DNA from: Anaerolineales bacterium
GTDB lineage: Bacteria; Chloroflexota; Anaerolineae; Anaerolineales; Villigracilaceae
NCBI GenBank assembly: GCA_020851785.1
Contig: JADZCC010000065.1
Location: 6,495-70,494 of the forward strand
Direction: 5' to 3'
Length of the DNA stretch: 64,000 nt
Numbering within the stretch: position 1 is the stretch's first letter; each line of letters begins with the position of its first letter. This document shows, one piece after another, positions 36,177 through 46,713 of the stretch. The translations under genes were made by a program, and so were the position numbers. Under the pieces are notes generated by a model. It had not been told where the DNA came from. It searched no databases and saw only the letters and a program-made list of their open reading frames with translations.

Positions 36177-36214
36177 GCCCCCGCTCTAAATTAATCAGAG
36201 TGGGGGCGCTTTTT
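36177..36214 (+). terminator. rho-independent terminator
   Basis: GCCCCCGCTCT-aaattaatc-AGAGTGGGGGC followed by GCTTTTT. Confidence 0.65.
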
Positions 36215-36238
36215 GAAACAGAGTCAGCCTTCCGTTTG

Positions 36239-36811
36239 TTATTGAGCCGGCATGGGCGGGAAGCTACCTTCCGGCGCGTACCAATCCTGCGGGTTGATAT
36301 TTTGAGTCACCTCATCGGCCGTAACTGTTACCGAAATCAAGCTATGGTCTGGGCAATCCACCGAAAGTCCGCAGGGAACCGCTTGCGAATATCCAGCGGA
36401 AAGTTCGCCATCCATCGTATAAGCGACGACTTGATAAGTCCCGACGGGCAGGTTGTCCATTTGATAAACGCCCTCGCCGGCCATGGTGAGGATGTAGTTG
36501 TAATAGCCATCCTCGCCATAGGCGACAATCATCAGCGGCGGAATTTGTTCCGACGGGTAACTCAACGTCCCGGCGATGCTCCCCAAAGGTTCGGTGGTTG
36601 GAACAGACTCAGAGGTGGCAGGTTGTTCAGCAGGTTGCGTGGCGGTGGCTAAAGGCTCAGCCGTTGCAACGGTTGCCGCCTGAGCGGTGAGCGCGGCAAA
36701 GGTCGCTTGCACAACCGCGTCCAAATCCGCGGGTTGTTCGGTAGCTGGCGGGCCTCCGGCGCAAGCCAGCGATACGCCGACCAATACCAATAAACACAAA
36801 AACTTCTTCAT
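36239..36811 (-). CDS. hypothetical secreted lipoprotein
   Basis: 190 aa. Signal plus lipobox (LVLVGVSLAC) and an Ala/Thr/Pro-rich linker. Lies 21 nt downstream of mfd. Confidence 0.6.
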   Translation of the reverse strand: MKKFLCLLVLVGVSLACAGGPPATEQPADLDAVVQATFAALTAQAATVATAEPLATATQPAEQPATSESVPTTEPLGSIAGTLSYPSEQIPPLMIVAYGEDGYYNYILTMAGEGVYQMDNLPVGTYQVVAYTMDGELSAGYSQAVPCGLSVDCPDHSLISVTVTADEVTQNINPQDWYAPEGSFPPMPAQ

Positions 36812-36832
36812 CTCTCTCTCTTCTCCTATTTT

Positions 36833-39800
36833 TTATTTTCCAGCGTTCAACTGGGCTAATACATTCAGTAACTTCGCCGTCCAAATTTCTTCTTTGGAGA
36901 TGGCAACCCAATAAGCGGATTTTCCGCCACGCACGCCGTTTCCCAAATCTGGCAGACGCTTCGCTTCGGACCCTTCGGCGGCTGTCGGATACTTGAGCAG
37001 AATCTGCCCCGCTTCCCAACTGACCGCAGAAAGCTCCGCTTTTTCGGCGCGCAGTTTCACCCGAATTTGATAAAACAAATTTTGAACCATTTCCGGCAGT
37101 TGACCGAAGCGATCTCTAAATTCAGAGCCGAGCGCGTCGAGTTCAGTTTCATCGCGCAAATCTGCAATGCGCCGATACAGGCGCAAGCGTAAATCCTGAT
37201 CGGCAATATAGCTATTCGGAATGCCCACCGCCAGCGGCAGATCCACATTGACCGGCACGGAAATTGGCAGACTAAACGCTCCAAAAGCGCCATCCAAATT
37301 GGAGAGGTCCAACTTTAGATGGTCCCCCGCCAATTTTCGCAAGCGCCTCACCGCATCCGCCAACATGCGCGTATAAAGGTGAAAGCCAACGGATTGAATG
37401 TAACCGTGCTGGCGCGTGCCGAGCAATTCACCCGCTCCGCGAATTTCCAGATCACGCATGGCGATGGAGTAGCCCGCGCCAAGTTGCGTGTTCTCGGCGA
37501 TTACCTCCAGCCTTTGCTGGCCTTCCTGCGTGGGTGACATTTTATTATGTCGGAAGAAATAGGCATAGGCTCGCAACGCGCCGCGCCCCACCCGGCCGCG
37601 CAGTTGATAGAGTTGCGCCAACCCAAAGGTATCCGCACGATCCACGATCAGCGTATTGGCGTTGGGAATATCCAACCCCGATTCGATGATCGTCGTGGCC
37701 AACAAAATATCAATTTCGCCGGACGTAAAGCGGCGCATCACGGCGGCCAGTTGCTGTTCCGCCATTTGTCCATGTCCAATATCCACGCGGGCTGACGGCA
37801 CAAGTTGATTGAGATGGGCCTTCATCGCTTCAATGGTGTTCACGCGGTTATGGACGAAGAAGATTTGCCCGCCGCGTTCCAGTTCGCGCAAAATGGCCTG
37901 ACGCACCAAACGCGGAGAGTACGGGCCGACGTGCGTCACAATCGGCAGGCGTTCTTCGGGCGGCGTGTTTAGGTTGGAAATATCGCGCACGCCGGTCAGC
38001 GCCATGTATAACGTGCGCGGAATCGGCGTGGCGGTGAGCGTCAACACGTCCACCTCAGTCCGCAGTTTCTTCAGGTGTTCTTTGTGCGTCACGCCAAAGC
38101 GCTGTTCTTCGTCAATAATCGCCAGCCCCAAATCTTTGAATTGCACATCCGCCGAAATTAAACGATGCGTGCCAATCACAATGTCCACCTCGCCTTGCGC
38201 GAGCTTGTATAAAATTTCAGTCTGTTCGCGCGGCGTGCGAAAGCGCGAAAGCATCTCTACTTTAACGGGAAAAGCCGCCAGCCGTTGAGAGAAAGTTTCA
38301 AAGTGTTGTTGCGCCAGCACTGTGGTGGGGACGAGGATCGCCGCCTGCCGCCCGCCCATCACCGCTTTGAAAGCGGCCCGCAAGGCCACTTCCGTTTTGC
38401 CGTAGCCCACATCGCCGCAGAGTAGGCGATCCATTGGGCGGGCGCGTTCCATGTCGCGTTTAATTTCCGTCAGCGCCCGTTTTTGGTCTTCAGTTTCAAC
38501 GTAGGGAAAACTATCTTCCAATTCCTTTTGCCATTGCGTATCTTCAGCAAAGGCGAAGCCCGTCACGACCTGACGACGCGCGTATAAATCCAGCAAATCT
38601 TCGGCGACTTTTTGAACCGCTTCTTTGACCTTTGCTTTGGTCTCCTGCCAGGCCTGCCCGCCGAGGTTATCCAGGCCGGGCGCGCCGCCCTCCGCGCCCA
38701 CATAGCGCGTCAGACGATCGGCTTGATGCACCGGCACATACAAAATATCGCCGCGCTCATATTCCACCGCCAGATATTCTCTTTCATGGCCGTCCAACTG
38801 ACGCTGAATCAGCCCGTTGAACTTTCCAACGCCATGATCCACATGGACGACATAATCGCCCGTTTGTAAATCCGCATAAATCGACTCTGGCGTCTCGGCG
38901 ACCTGGCGCTGTCGAATGCGCGGTTGCGGGCGCTCCCAGCCGAAGATTTCAGAATCGGTAATTAAATGAATCGGAGCAAGCGCATCGGCAGTTAAGGTGA
39001 AGCCTTCGGAAAGCGAAGCCTCCACAAACTGCAGGTTGGCCGGCTCGGAGTTGGGATAATGCTCGGTCCACAACTCCTGCAAACGCGGAGTCTGCCGCGA
39101 GACAATCCAGGTTAAATCGCCGCGCTCCACAATCTTCGCCAGGTAATCCACAAACGGTTTCAGCCGTCCGCCAAAGCGCTCGTCGTGCCCAAAGCGTCCG
39201 CCAAGTTCAATGCCCGCTTCATGTTCCGCCAACTCGGTGGAATGTCCCAACTCCAACGTGGGCAGGTTTTGCAAAGCGTCGCTCAATTCCGACCACGGCA
39301 CATACGGCACGGGAAACGACGCGGCCAGCGCGCCTTCGGCAAGGCTCTCCTGCCTAAACTTTACCGCCTGTTCTTCAATTTCATTGGCGCTGGTTTCAAT
39401 CAAACTTAAATCATCAAACAAAATCAAGGCGTTTTGCGGAAGATAATCTACCAAAGATGCAGACTGTGGATGCAAAAGCGGCAAATGAAATTCGCTTAAA
39501 TTTTCAGCGACCTCGCCCGCCGGTTGCAAATACTCGCGCGCCGGAGTGACCAAAACGCTCTCCAACTTTTGGAGGGTCTGTTGCGAAGCTGGGTCAAAAC
39601 TGCGGATGGTTTCAATTTCATCGCCGAAGAAATCCAAACGTGTGGGGTTTAATTCGGTTGGCGCCCAAATATCCAGAATGCCGCCGCGATGTGAAAACTG
39701 ACCGGCTTCCAAAACGGTATTCACGCGTTGATAGCCGCTTCGCGTCCATTCGCGCAGAAGGGCTTCGGGTTGGCTGGTCTGGTTGACTGAAAGTTTTTTA

Positions 39801-40237
39801 CACGCTTTGAGATAGTCGCGGCGCGGCAGGGTGCGCGTCATCAGCGAGCGCACCGAAGCGACAATCACCGGCGGCTCTTGCGGCTTGGAGATAAACGGCA
39901 AATGATACGCCGACAGGGCCGTTAAGGCCTGCAAGCGCGCACGGCGCGTGGAAACGCCCCAGGCCGCTTCTTCATAAAACAAGGGGTTGGGTTCCGCAAA
40001 CAAAAAGCGCGCAGGCTTTAACCAAAAGCCCAATTCGTCAAACAAGGCCAGGGCGTGATCGGCGCGGTCGGTGACGAACAAAATCGGGACGGGCAAATTC
40101 TCCCTGAGCGCCGTCAAAACAGGTAAACGCGCAGAACGCGGCAGGCCCAGGCCGGAGAGTCGTTTACCCGCCGAGAGATTCGTCAGCAGGTTTTGATATT
40201 CTGGAAGCGCGCGAAGTGAATCGAGAAGGGATTGCAT
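36833..40237 (-). CDS. mfd: transcription-repair coupling factor
   Basis: 1134 aa. UvrB-homology N-terminus, CarD/RID region, superfamily-2 helicase motifs (GDVGYGKTEVA, DEEQRFGV), TRG motif. Confidence 0.97.
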   Translation of the reverse strand: MQSLLDSLRALPEYQNLLTNLSAGKRLSGLGLPRSARLPVLTALRENLPVPILFVTDRADHALALFDELGFWLKPARFLFAEPNPLFYEEAAWGVSTRRARLQALTALSAYHLPFISKPQEPPVIVASVRSLMTRTLPRRDYLKACKKLSVNQTSQPEALLREWTRSGYQRVNTVLEAGQFSHRGGILDIWAPTELNPTRLDFFGDEIETIRSFDPASQQTLQKLESVLVTPAREYLQPAGEVAENLSEFHLPLLHPQSASLVDYLPQNALILFDDLSLIETSANEIEEQAVKFRQESLAEGALAASFPVPYVPWSELSDALQNLPTLELGHSTELAEHEAGIELGGRFGHDERFGGRLKPFVDYLAKIVERGDLTWIVSRQTPRLQELWTEHYPNSEPANLQFVEASLSEGFTLTADALAPIHLITDSEIFGWERPQPRIRQRQVAETPESIYADLQTGDYVVHVDHGVGKFNGLIQRQLDGHEREYLAVEYERGDILYVPVHQADRLTRYVGAEGGAPGLDNLGGQAWQETKAKVKEAVQKVAEDLLDLYARRQVVTGFAFAEDTQWQKELEDSFPYVETEDQKRALTEIKRDMERARPMDRLLCGDVGYGKTEVALRAAFKAVMGGRQAAILVPTTVLAQQHFETFSQRLAAFPVKVEMLSRFRTPREQTEILYKLAQGEVDIVIGTHRLISADVQFKDLGLAIIDEEQRFGVTHKEHLKKLRTEVDVLTLTATPIPRTLYMALTGVRDISNLNTPPEERLPIVTHVGPYSPRLVRQAILRELERGGQIFFVHNRVNTIEAMKAHLNQLVPSARVDIGHGQMAEQQLAAVMRRFTSGEIDILLATTIIESGLDIPNANTLIVDRADTFGLAQLYQLRGRVGRGALRAYAYFFRHNKMSPTQEGQQRLEVIAENTQLGAGYSIAMRDLEIRGAGELLGTRQHGYIQSVGFHLYTRMLADAVRRLRKLAGDHLKLDLSNLDGAFGAFSLPISVPVNVDLPLAVGIPNSYIADQDLRLRLYRRIADLRDETELDALGSEFRDRFGQLPEMVQNLFYQIRVKLRAEKAELSAVSWEAGQILLKYPTAAEGSEAKRLPDLGNGVRGGKSAYWVAISKEEIWTAKLLNVLAQLNAGK

Positions 40238-40238
40238 G

Positions 40239-40286
40239 GAATTAGAGAATTAGAGAATTAGAGAATTAGAGAATTAGAGAATAGAA
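40239..40286. repeat. octamer tandem repeat (GAATTAGA x5 plus a degenerate sixth copy)
   Basis: Read directly. It fills the pth-mfd spacer and ends 1 nt from the mfd ATG. Confidence 0.95.
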
Positions 40287-40299
40287 AGAAGCGTGCGCG

Positions 40300-40887
40300 T
40301 TACTTTTTACTCTCTCCATCTCCATTAAATTTATTCATGGCGGCATTGAGGCCTTTGAGCATAAACTCAATCGTCGCGTCCGCGGCGCGATCCAACACCT
40401 CTGGCAGGGCTTTTGTCTCATCTTTTGAAAAATCCTGCAGGACGTAATCTTTTGGATCCATCCTGCCGGGCGGGCGGCCAATGCCTAAACGCAAACGTGG
40501 AAATTCCTGCGTGCCGAGCTTTTCAATTGTGGAGGCCATGCCGCGTTGCCCGCCGGGACCGCCGCCCGGACGAATGCGAAGCGTGCCGAAGGGCAGGTCT
40601 AAATCGTCATGCGCCACGAGCAAATTTTCTATGGGGACTTTGTAGAAATGCAAAAGCCCCTGCACGGATTGGCCGGATAGGTTCATGTACGTTTGCGGCT
40701 TGGCCAAAATAACCGTGCGTTCTTCGTAATGCGTGGAAATGACAATGGCGTTGGATTGCATTTTCATGCCCCGCGCATTCAGGCGAATCGTTAACCGGTC
40801 AACAAGCATAAAGCCAATATTGTGGCGGGTGTTGAGATATTCGCGTCCGGGGTTGCCGAGGCCAATCAGGAGGTAGGTGTCTGTCAT
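40300..40887 (-). CDS. pth: peptidyl-tRNA hydrolase
   Basis: 195 aa. LIGLGNPGREYLNTRHNIGF and VAHDDLDLPFG. Confidence 0.95.
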   Translation of the reverse strand: MTDTYLLIGLGNPGREYLNTRHNIGFMLVDRLTIRLNARGMKMQSNAIVISTHYEERTVILAKPQTYMNLSGQSVQGLLHFYKVPIENLLVAHDDLDLPFGTLRIRPGGGPGGQRGMASTIEKLGTQEFPRLRLGIGRPPGRMDPKDYVLQDFSKDETKALPEVLDRAADATIEFMLKGLNAAMNKFNGDGESKK

Positions 40888-40890
40888 GGG

Positions 40891-40930
40891 GTCAGGTTGA
40901 AGGTTACAGGTTAGAGGTTGAAGGTTGGGT
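40891..40930. repeat. copy of the GGTTGAAGGTT(A/G)CAGGT repeat family
   Basis: GTCAGGTTGAAGGTTACAGGTTAGAGGTTGAAGGTTGGGTT, lying between pth and the upstream gene. Confidence 0.85.
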
Positions 40931-41541
40931 TAGATTTTTTTACGCAGGTATAAAAGCAAGGCGGCGCAAAGGAAGACGATGATGACGGTTAAGGCTCCGC
41001 GCAAAAAGGCGGCGGGGATGGCGGCGCTATTCAGCGAAGCGGGGTTGGCGGGCAGGTCGGTAGGCTGGGCGAAGAAAAGCGTGGCGGTAGGCTGGGGAAG
41101 TTGCGTCGCTTCGGCTTGCGGCGCGGCGGACGCGGCAATTTCAAAGACTTCGGTTGGGGTTTGCGTGGCCAGCGGAACTTCGTTCTGGATTTTCAAACCT
41201 TTGATCACAGCGTCCTGCACGGAACCGTCTTGAAAGTGGACGCGCAAGTGCAAATCATATTCGCCGTCGGTGATGGCGGTGGTGTCCCAAATGGCGAGCG
41301 GCGAATCCGCTTTGGGCTGGGGAAAGGTTTGGATGACGAACCAACTTTGAGCGGAGTCTGAAGCGAAGGAGAACGCCAGTTCGGCTGAAGAGAAGTTGGG
41401 TAAATCCATCGTGCCGTGAATCTCAACCTGCCCGCGCAAAACCTCGCCGGGCTGTGGCGCAGTGAGCGTCGCTGTGGCGTTTTGAAAAAAGAGGGTTAAA
41501 AGCAAAAATGCTTGGAGCATGGCAATCGGTAAGTTTAACAT
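40930..41541 (-). CDS. hypothetical exported protein with a C-terminal membrane anchor
   Basis: 203 aa. N-terminal signal-like segment, a beta-rich middle, and a C-terminal TM (ALTVIIVFLCAALLLYLRKK). Confidence 0.55.
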   Translation of the reverse strand: MLNLPIAMLQAFLLLTLFFQNATATLTAPQPGEVLRGQVEIHGTMDLPNFSSAELAFSFASDSAQSWFVIQTFPQPKADSPLAIWDTTAITDGEYDLHLRVHFQDGSVQDAVIKGLKIQNEVPLATQTPTEVFEIAASAAPQAEATQLPQPTATLFFAQPTDLPANPASLNSAAIPAAFLRGALTVIIVFLCAALLLYLRKKI

Positions 41542-41659
41542 GAAGCGGAGGGCGGGTCAAATCTCGCCAGTTTTCGGAATTGAAATGCGCGGGCAATACT
41601 CGAAATTTTCTTTTTCTGGTAAACTCTGTGCGTGATAAATACGATGAGGAGATCGCGTC

Positions 41660-42034
41660 ATGGCAAAATCCCGTTCTGAACAAATGGTGGAGCGCTTACG
41701 AAACATGCAGGCTTCTGCGCCGGATATTGAAGCTTCGGCCGTCGTCTCGGTGGACGGGCTGATTATGGCCTCCGCTTTGCAACAAGGCGTGGAGGAAGAC
41801 CGCGTTTCGGCGATGTCTGCGGCGATGCTCTCGCTGGGCGAGCGCATTTCAGGCGAATTGGGGCGCGGCGGGCTGGAACAGGTTTACATTAAGGGCGATA
41901 AAGGCGCCATTGTGTTAACCTCCATCGGCGACGAAGCGGTTTTGACCGCCATGGCCCGGCAGGACGCCAAACTGGGCATGATCTTCCTCGAAATGCGCCG
42001 CGCGGCGGAAGACCTGACCAAACTGGTCGGATGA
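41660..42034 (+). CDS. Roadblock/LC7 (MglB-like) domain protein
   Basis: 124 aa. The pattern IEASAVVSVDGLIMAS...AAMSAAMLSLGERI...IVLTSIGDEAVLTAMA is typical of Robl_LC7. Confidence 0.75.
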   Translation: MAKSRSEQMVERLRNMQASAPDIEASAVVSVDGLIMASALQQGVEEDRVSAMSAAMLSLGERISGELGRGGLEQVYIKGDKGAIVLTSIGDEAVLTAMARQDAKLGMIFLEMRRAAEDLTKLVG

Positions 42035-42073
42035 AACGCAAACCAATTCTCACCCACAACGCAACACAATCCC

Positions 42074-42103
42074 GAATGGGAGGGCTTAAACGCCCTCCCA
42101 TTC
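42074..42103 (+). terminator. rho-independent terminator
   Basis: GAATGGGAGGGC-ttaaac-GCCCTCCCATTC followed by TCTCTTTGT. Confidence 0.7.
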
Positions 42104-42143
42104 TCTTTGTCTGGGAACTGGATCAATCAGGTTTATAAAACTT

Positions 42144-42258
42144 GACTTACGCAGATCAAAATCTTTTGTCGCGAATTACACGAATTTCGCTAATTTTAAA
42201 AAACAATTCGCGTGAATTAGCGAAATTCGCGGCTTGGCCTTGGGGTTTTGCGTAAGTC
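42144..42258. mobile_element. 115-bp MITE-like element with 10-bp terminal inverted repeats (GACTTACGCA / TGCGTAAGTC)
   Basis: The termini were read directly. It has an internal 14-bp stem (GAATTTCGCTAATT / AATTAGCGAAATTC). TATAAAA words lie on both flanks. Confidence 0.5.
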
Positions 42259-42298
42259 CTATAAAAAATCATTGGATGGAGCTTGAAAGGAATTAAAC

Positions 42299-43918
42299 AT
42301 GGCAACAAAATATTTATTTTTCACCGGCGGCGTGGTCTCTTCGGTTGGCAAGGGCGTAACGGCCGCGGCCCTGGGGCTATTGCTTAAGGAACGCGGCTTC
42401 AAAGTCGGCGTGCAAAAGCTGGATCCGTATATCAACGTGGACCCGGGGACGATGAGTCCGTATCAGCATGGCGAAGTGTACGTGCTAGACGACGGCGCAG
42501 AAACCGATTTGGATTTAGGCCATTACGAGCGCTTCATTGATAACCGCTTAAGCCGTTCGAGCAACTTCACCACGGGGCAGGTCTATGCCGAGATCATCTC
42601 CAACGAGCGGCGCGGCGATTATTTAGGCGGGACGATTCAAGTGATTCCGCACATCACCAACGAAATCAAACGGCGCATTGGGCTGGTCGCCAAAGAGACC
42701 AATGCGGAGATCGTCATTTTGGAAGTTGGCGGAACGGTCGGCGACATTGAATCGCAACCGTTTCTCGAAGCTTTGCGCCAACTTCGCAACGAAGTCGGCC
42801 GCGAGAACTGCCTGTTTGTGCACGTCACCTGGCTCCCGACCATCGGCGCGACGGGCGAAATTAAAACCAAGCCCACCCAACATTCCGTGGCGGCCTTGCG
42901 TTCGATTGGCATTTCTCCCAACCTAATCATCGCCCGCGCCGACCAGCCGATTGAAAAAAGTTTATGCGACAAAATCGCCCTCTTCTGCGACGTTGAAAAA
43001 GACGCAGTCATCCCCATGCCCACCGCGCAGGTTTTATACGAAGTTCCCCTGCTCCTCGAAACGCTCGGCGTGGGCGAATACGTCGTTCAAAAATTGGGGC
43101 TGACTTCCAAACAAAAACCCAATATGAATCCCTGGAAGAAACTGGTGGCGGAAGTTAAAAAGGAAAAGCCCACTGTGCAGGTGGCCTTGGTTGGGAAATA
43201 TGTCGAACTGCAAGACGCGTACATGTCCGTGCGCGAGGCGCTGAAACATGCGGCCCTCGTCAACGGCGTGGAAGTTGAAATCAGTTGGATTCATTCCGTT
43301 GACCTTGAGAAGCCCAAAGATAAAAGTTGGGACGCGCTCAAAAAGGCGGACGCGATCCTCGTGCCGGGCGGCTTCGGTTCGCGCGGCATTGAAGGCAAAA
43401 TCTTTGCGGCGCGTTATGCCCGCGAGCATAAAATTCCCTACCTCGGCTTGTGTCTCGGAATGCAAGTGATGTGCATTGATTTTGCGCGCGGCGTGTTGGA
43501 TTTGGAAGACGCCAACTCCGCAGAATTTGACCGCGCCACCGAACATCCGGTCATTGATTTGATGACCGATCAGCGCTCAATCACCGACCTGGGCGGAACC
43601 ATGCGCCTCGGGCTGTACCCGTGCCTGCTGGCCAAGGGGACGAAAGCCGCCAACGCCTACGCAGTCTCTCGCGTGGACGAAAGACATCGCCATCGGTTTG
43701 AATTCAACAACGCCTATCGCCAACAGTTTGAAGACGCGGGCATGGTCTTCTCCGGGTTATCGCCAGACGGGCGGCTGGTGGAAATTGTGGAGTTGAAAGA
43801 TCATCCCTACATGGTGGCGAGTCAATTTCACCCGGAATTTTTATCGCGCCCGATGAAGCCGCACCCACTCTTTGCGGGGTTGATGAAAGCGGCCAAGGAA
43901 AAGAGCAAGGGAGCGTAA
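42299..43918 (+). CDS. pyrG: CTP synthase
   Basis: 539 aa. FFTGGVVSSVGKG N-terminus and a glutamine amidotransferase domain with GLCLGMQ. Confidence 0.97.
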   Translation: MATKYLFFTGGVVSSVGKGVTAAALGLLLKERGFKVGVQKLDPYINVDPGTMSPYQHGEVYVLDDGAETDLDLGHYERFIDNRLSRSSNFTTGQVYAEIISNERRGDYLGGTIQVIPHITNEIKRRIGLVAKETNAEIVILEVGGTVGDIESQPFLEALRQLRNEVGRENCLFVHVTWLPTIGATGEIKTKPTQHSVAALRSIGISPNLIIARADQPIEKSLCDKIALFCDVEKDAVIPMPTAQVLYEVPLLLETLGVGEYVVQKLGLTSKQKPNMNPWKKLVAEVKKEKPTVQVALVGKYVELQDAYMSVREALKHAALVNGVEVEISWIHSVDLEKPKDKSWDALKKADAILVPGGFGSRGIEGKIFAARYAREHKIPYLGLCLGMQVMCIDFARGVLDLEDANSAEFDRATEHPVIDLMTDQRSITDLGGTMRLGLYPCLLAKGTKAANAYAVSRVDERHRHRFEFNNAYRQQFEDAGMVFSGLSPDGRLVEIVELKDHPYMVASQFHPEFLSRPMKPHPLFAGLMKAAKEKSKGA

Positions 43919-43963
43919 ATCCGGCGCAGGTTTTGCGATTATACTTATCGCATTATTTACACA

Positions 43964-45390
<1,427 letters not shown>

Positions 45391-45401
45391 GCTTGTTTCG
45401 C

Positions 45402-45431
45402 AAAAACGGGCGGGTAATTCCGCCCGTTTTT
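45402..45431 (+). terminator. rho-independent terminator
   Basis: AAAAACGGGCGG-gtaatt-CCGCCCGTTTTT. Confidence 0.85.
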
Positions 45432-45535
45432 GCTTTAATCCAGTCTCACGAATTGCCCCGCCAAAACCATCCCGGATTTGCGCTTCTGGAATATAATCGA
45501 GCCACTATATTCTACCGACTGGAGGATTGTTTAGC

Positions 45536-46636
45536 ATGGCAAGCGTTACGTATCATCACATTCAAAAGAAGTTTGGCGATCTCACGATCATCAAAGACCT
45601 GAACATTGAGGTTCAGGACAAGGAATTCCTTGTATTAGTGGGCCCCTCAGGGTGCGGCAAAACCACCGCCCTGCGCCTGTTGGCCGGGCTGGAAGAAATT
45701 ACCGGCGGCGAAATCACCATTGGCGACCGCGTGGTTAACGACGTGGCCCCCAAAGACCGCGACATTGCCATGGTATTTCAATCCTACGCTTTGTACCCGC
45801 ACCTTTCCGTGTTCGACAACATGGCCTTCGGCTTAAAGCTTCGCAAAACACCGAAGGAAGAAATCAAACGCCGCGTCAACGAAGCCGCTGAAATCCTCGG
45901 CATTGTGGAATTGTTAGATCGCAAACCGCGCCAACTCTCTGGCGGTCAACGTCAACGTGTGGCGGTCGGTCGCGCCATCGTCCGCGAACCGAAGGTCTTC
46001 CTCTTCGACGAACCGCTCTCCAACCTGGACGCCAAACTGCGCGTCCAAATGCGCGCCGAAATCAGCAAACTGCACCAGCGCCTCAAGACCACGTTCATCT
46101 ACGTGACGCACGATCAAACCGAAGCCATGACCATGGCCACGCGCATCGCCGTCATCAACAAAGGCGACCTACAACAACTGGATACCCCGCAAAACCTGTA
46201 CGATCACCCCAACAACTTATTCGTGGCCGGCTTCATCGGCTCCCCCGCCATGAACTTCTTCCCCGCCAAGATTGTCAAAACCGGCGATAAATTCATTGTG
46301 GACACCGGCGACTTCCAGGTTCAAATCCCGGCCAGCCGCGTCGGAGCGTATAAAGACTCCGTCGGCAAGGACGTGGTCCTCGGCCTGCGCCCGGAAAACA
46401 TCCACGACCCGGAATTTGCCCCGCAAAACATCAGCGCCCAAAGCGTGGTGGCCAAAGTGGACGTGACCGAACTGATGGGCAACGAAACCCTGCTCTACCT
46501 CGTCAGCGGAAAAAACTCCTTCGTCGCCCGCGTAGACCCGCGCTCCAAACTGCGCGTGGGCAACTCCCCGCAAATGGTCTTCGACATGGACAATTTCCAC
46601 ATCTTCGACGCGGTGACGGAAAAAGCCATTCGCTAA
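45536..46636 (+). CDS. sugar ABC transporter ATP-binding protein (MalK/UgpC/MsiK type), not adjacent to any permease
   Basis: GPSGCGKTT, LSGGQRQRVAV, FLFDEPLS, C-terminal TOBE. Start at ATG 45536 (MASVTYHH), 10 nt after GGAGG. The track start 45527 is a TTG. Confidence 0.85.
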   Translation: MASVTYHHIQKKFGDLTIIKDLNIEVQDKEFLVLVGPSGCGKTTALRLLAGLEEITGGEITIGDRVVNDVAPKDRDIAMVFQSYALYPHLSVFDNMAFGLKLRKTPKEEIKRRVNEAAEILGIVELLDRKPRQLSGGQRQRVAVGRAIVREPKVFLFDEPLSNLDAKLRVQMRAEISKLHQRLKTTFIYVTHDQTEAMTMATRIAVINKGDLQQLDTPQNLYDHPNNLFVAGFIGSPAMNFFPAKIVKTGDKFIVDTGDFQVQIPASRVGAYKDSVGKDVVLGLRPENIHDPEFAPQNISAQSVVAKVDVTELMGNETLLYLVSGKNSFVARVDPRSKLRVGNSPQMVFDMDNFHIFDAVTEKAIR

Positions 46637-46652
46637 AATCAATTTTACAGAC

Positions 46653-46687
46653 GAGACGCGCGGGTCAAACTCCCGCGCGTCTCTTTT
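46653..46687 (+). terminator. rho-independent terminator
   Basis: GAGACGCGCGGG-tcaaact-CCCGCGCGTCTC followed by TTTT. Confidence 0.85.
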
Positions 46688-46713
46688 ATAGCCAGCTTAT
46701 TTATAGGAAATTT

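Noticed and set aside
36200-37019. 150-aa plus-strand and 120-aa minus-strand ORFs overlapping the lipoprotein gene and the mfd 3' end.
   Set aside because: These are shadow and alternative frames. The lipoprotein ORF has a signal peptide and lipobox, and mfd is unambiguous.
40239-40286. Possibility that the octamer array, or the 21-mer/heptamer array at 1150-1219, is a CRISPR array.
   Set aside because: The units are 7-21 nt and directly abutting, with no unique spacers. No cas genes are nearby. They are simple tandem repeats.
42104-42298. Possibility that the structured pyrG upstream region is a riboswitch or CTP-sensing attenuator.
   Set aside because: The dominant structure has terminal inverted repeats shared with another insert 1.7 kb away, so it looks like a repeat element. 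I recognise no known riboswitch consensus, and no terminator/antiterminator alternative ends in a T-run before the ATG.
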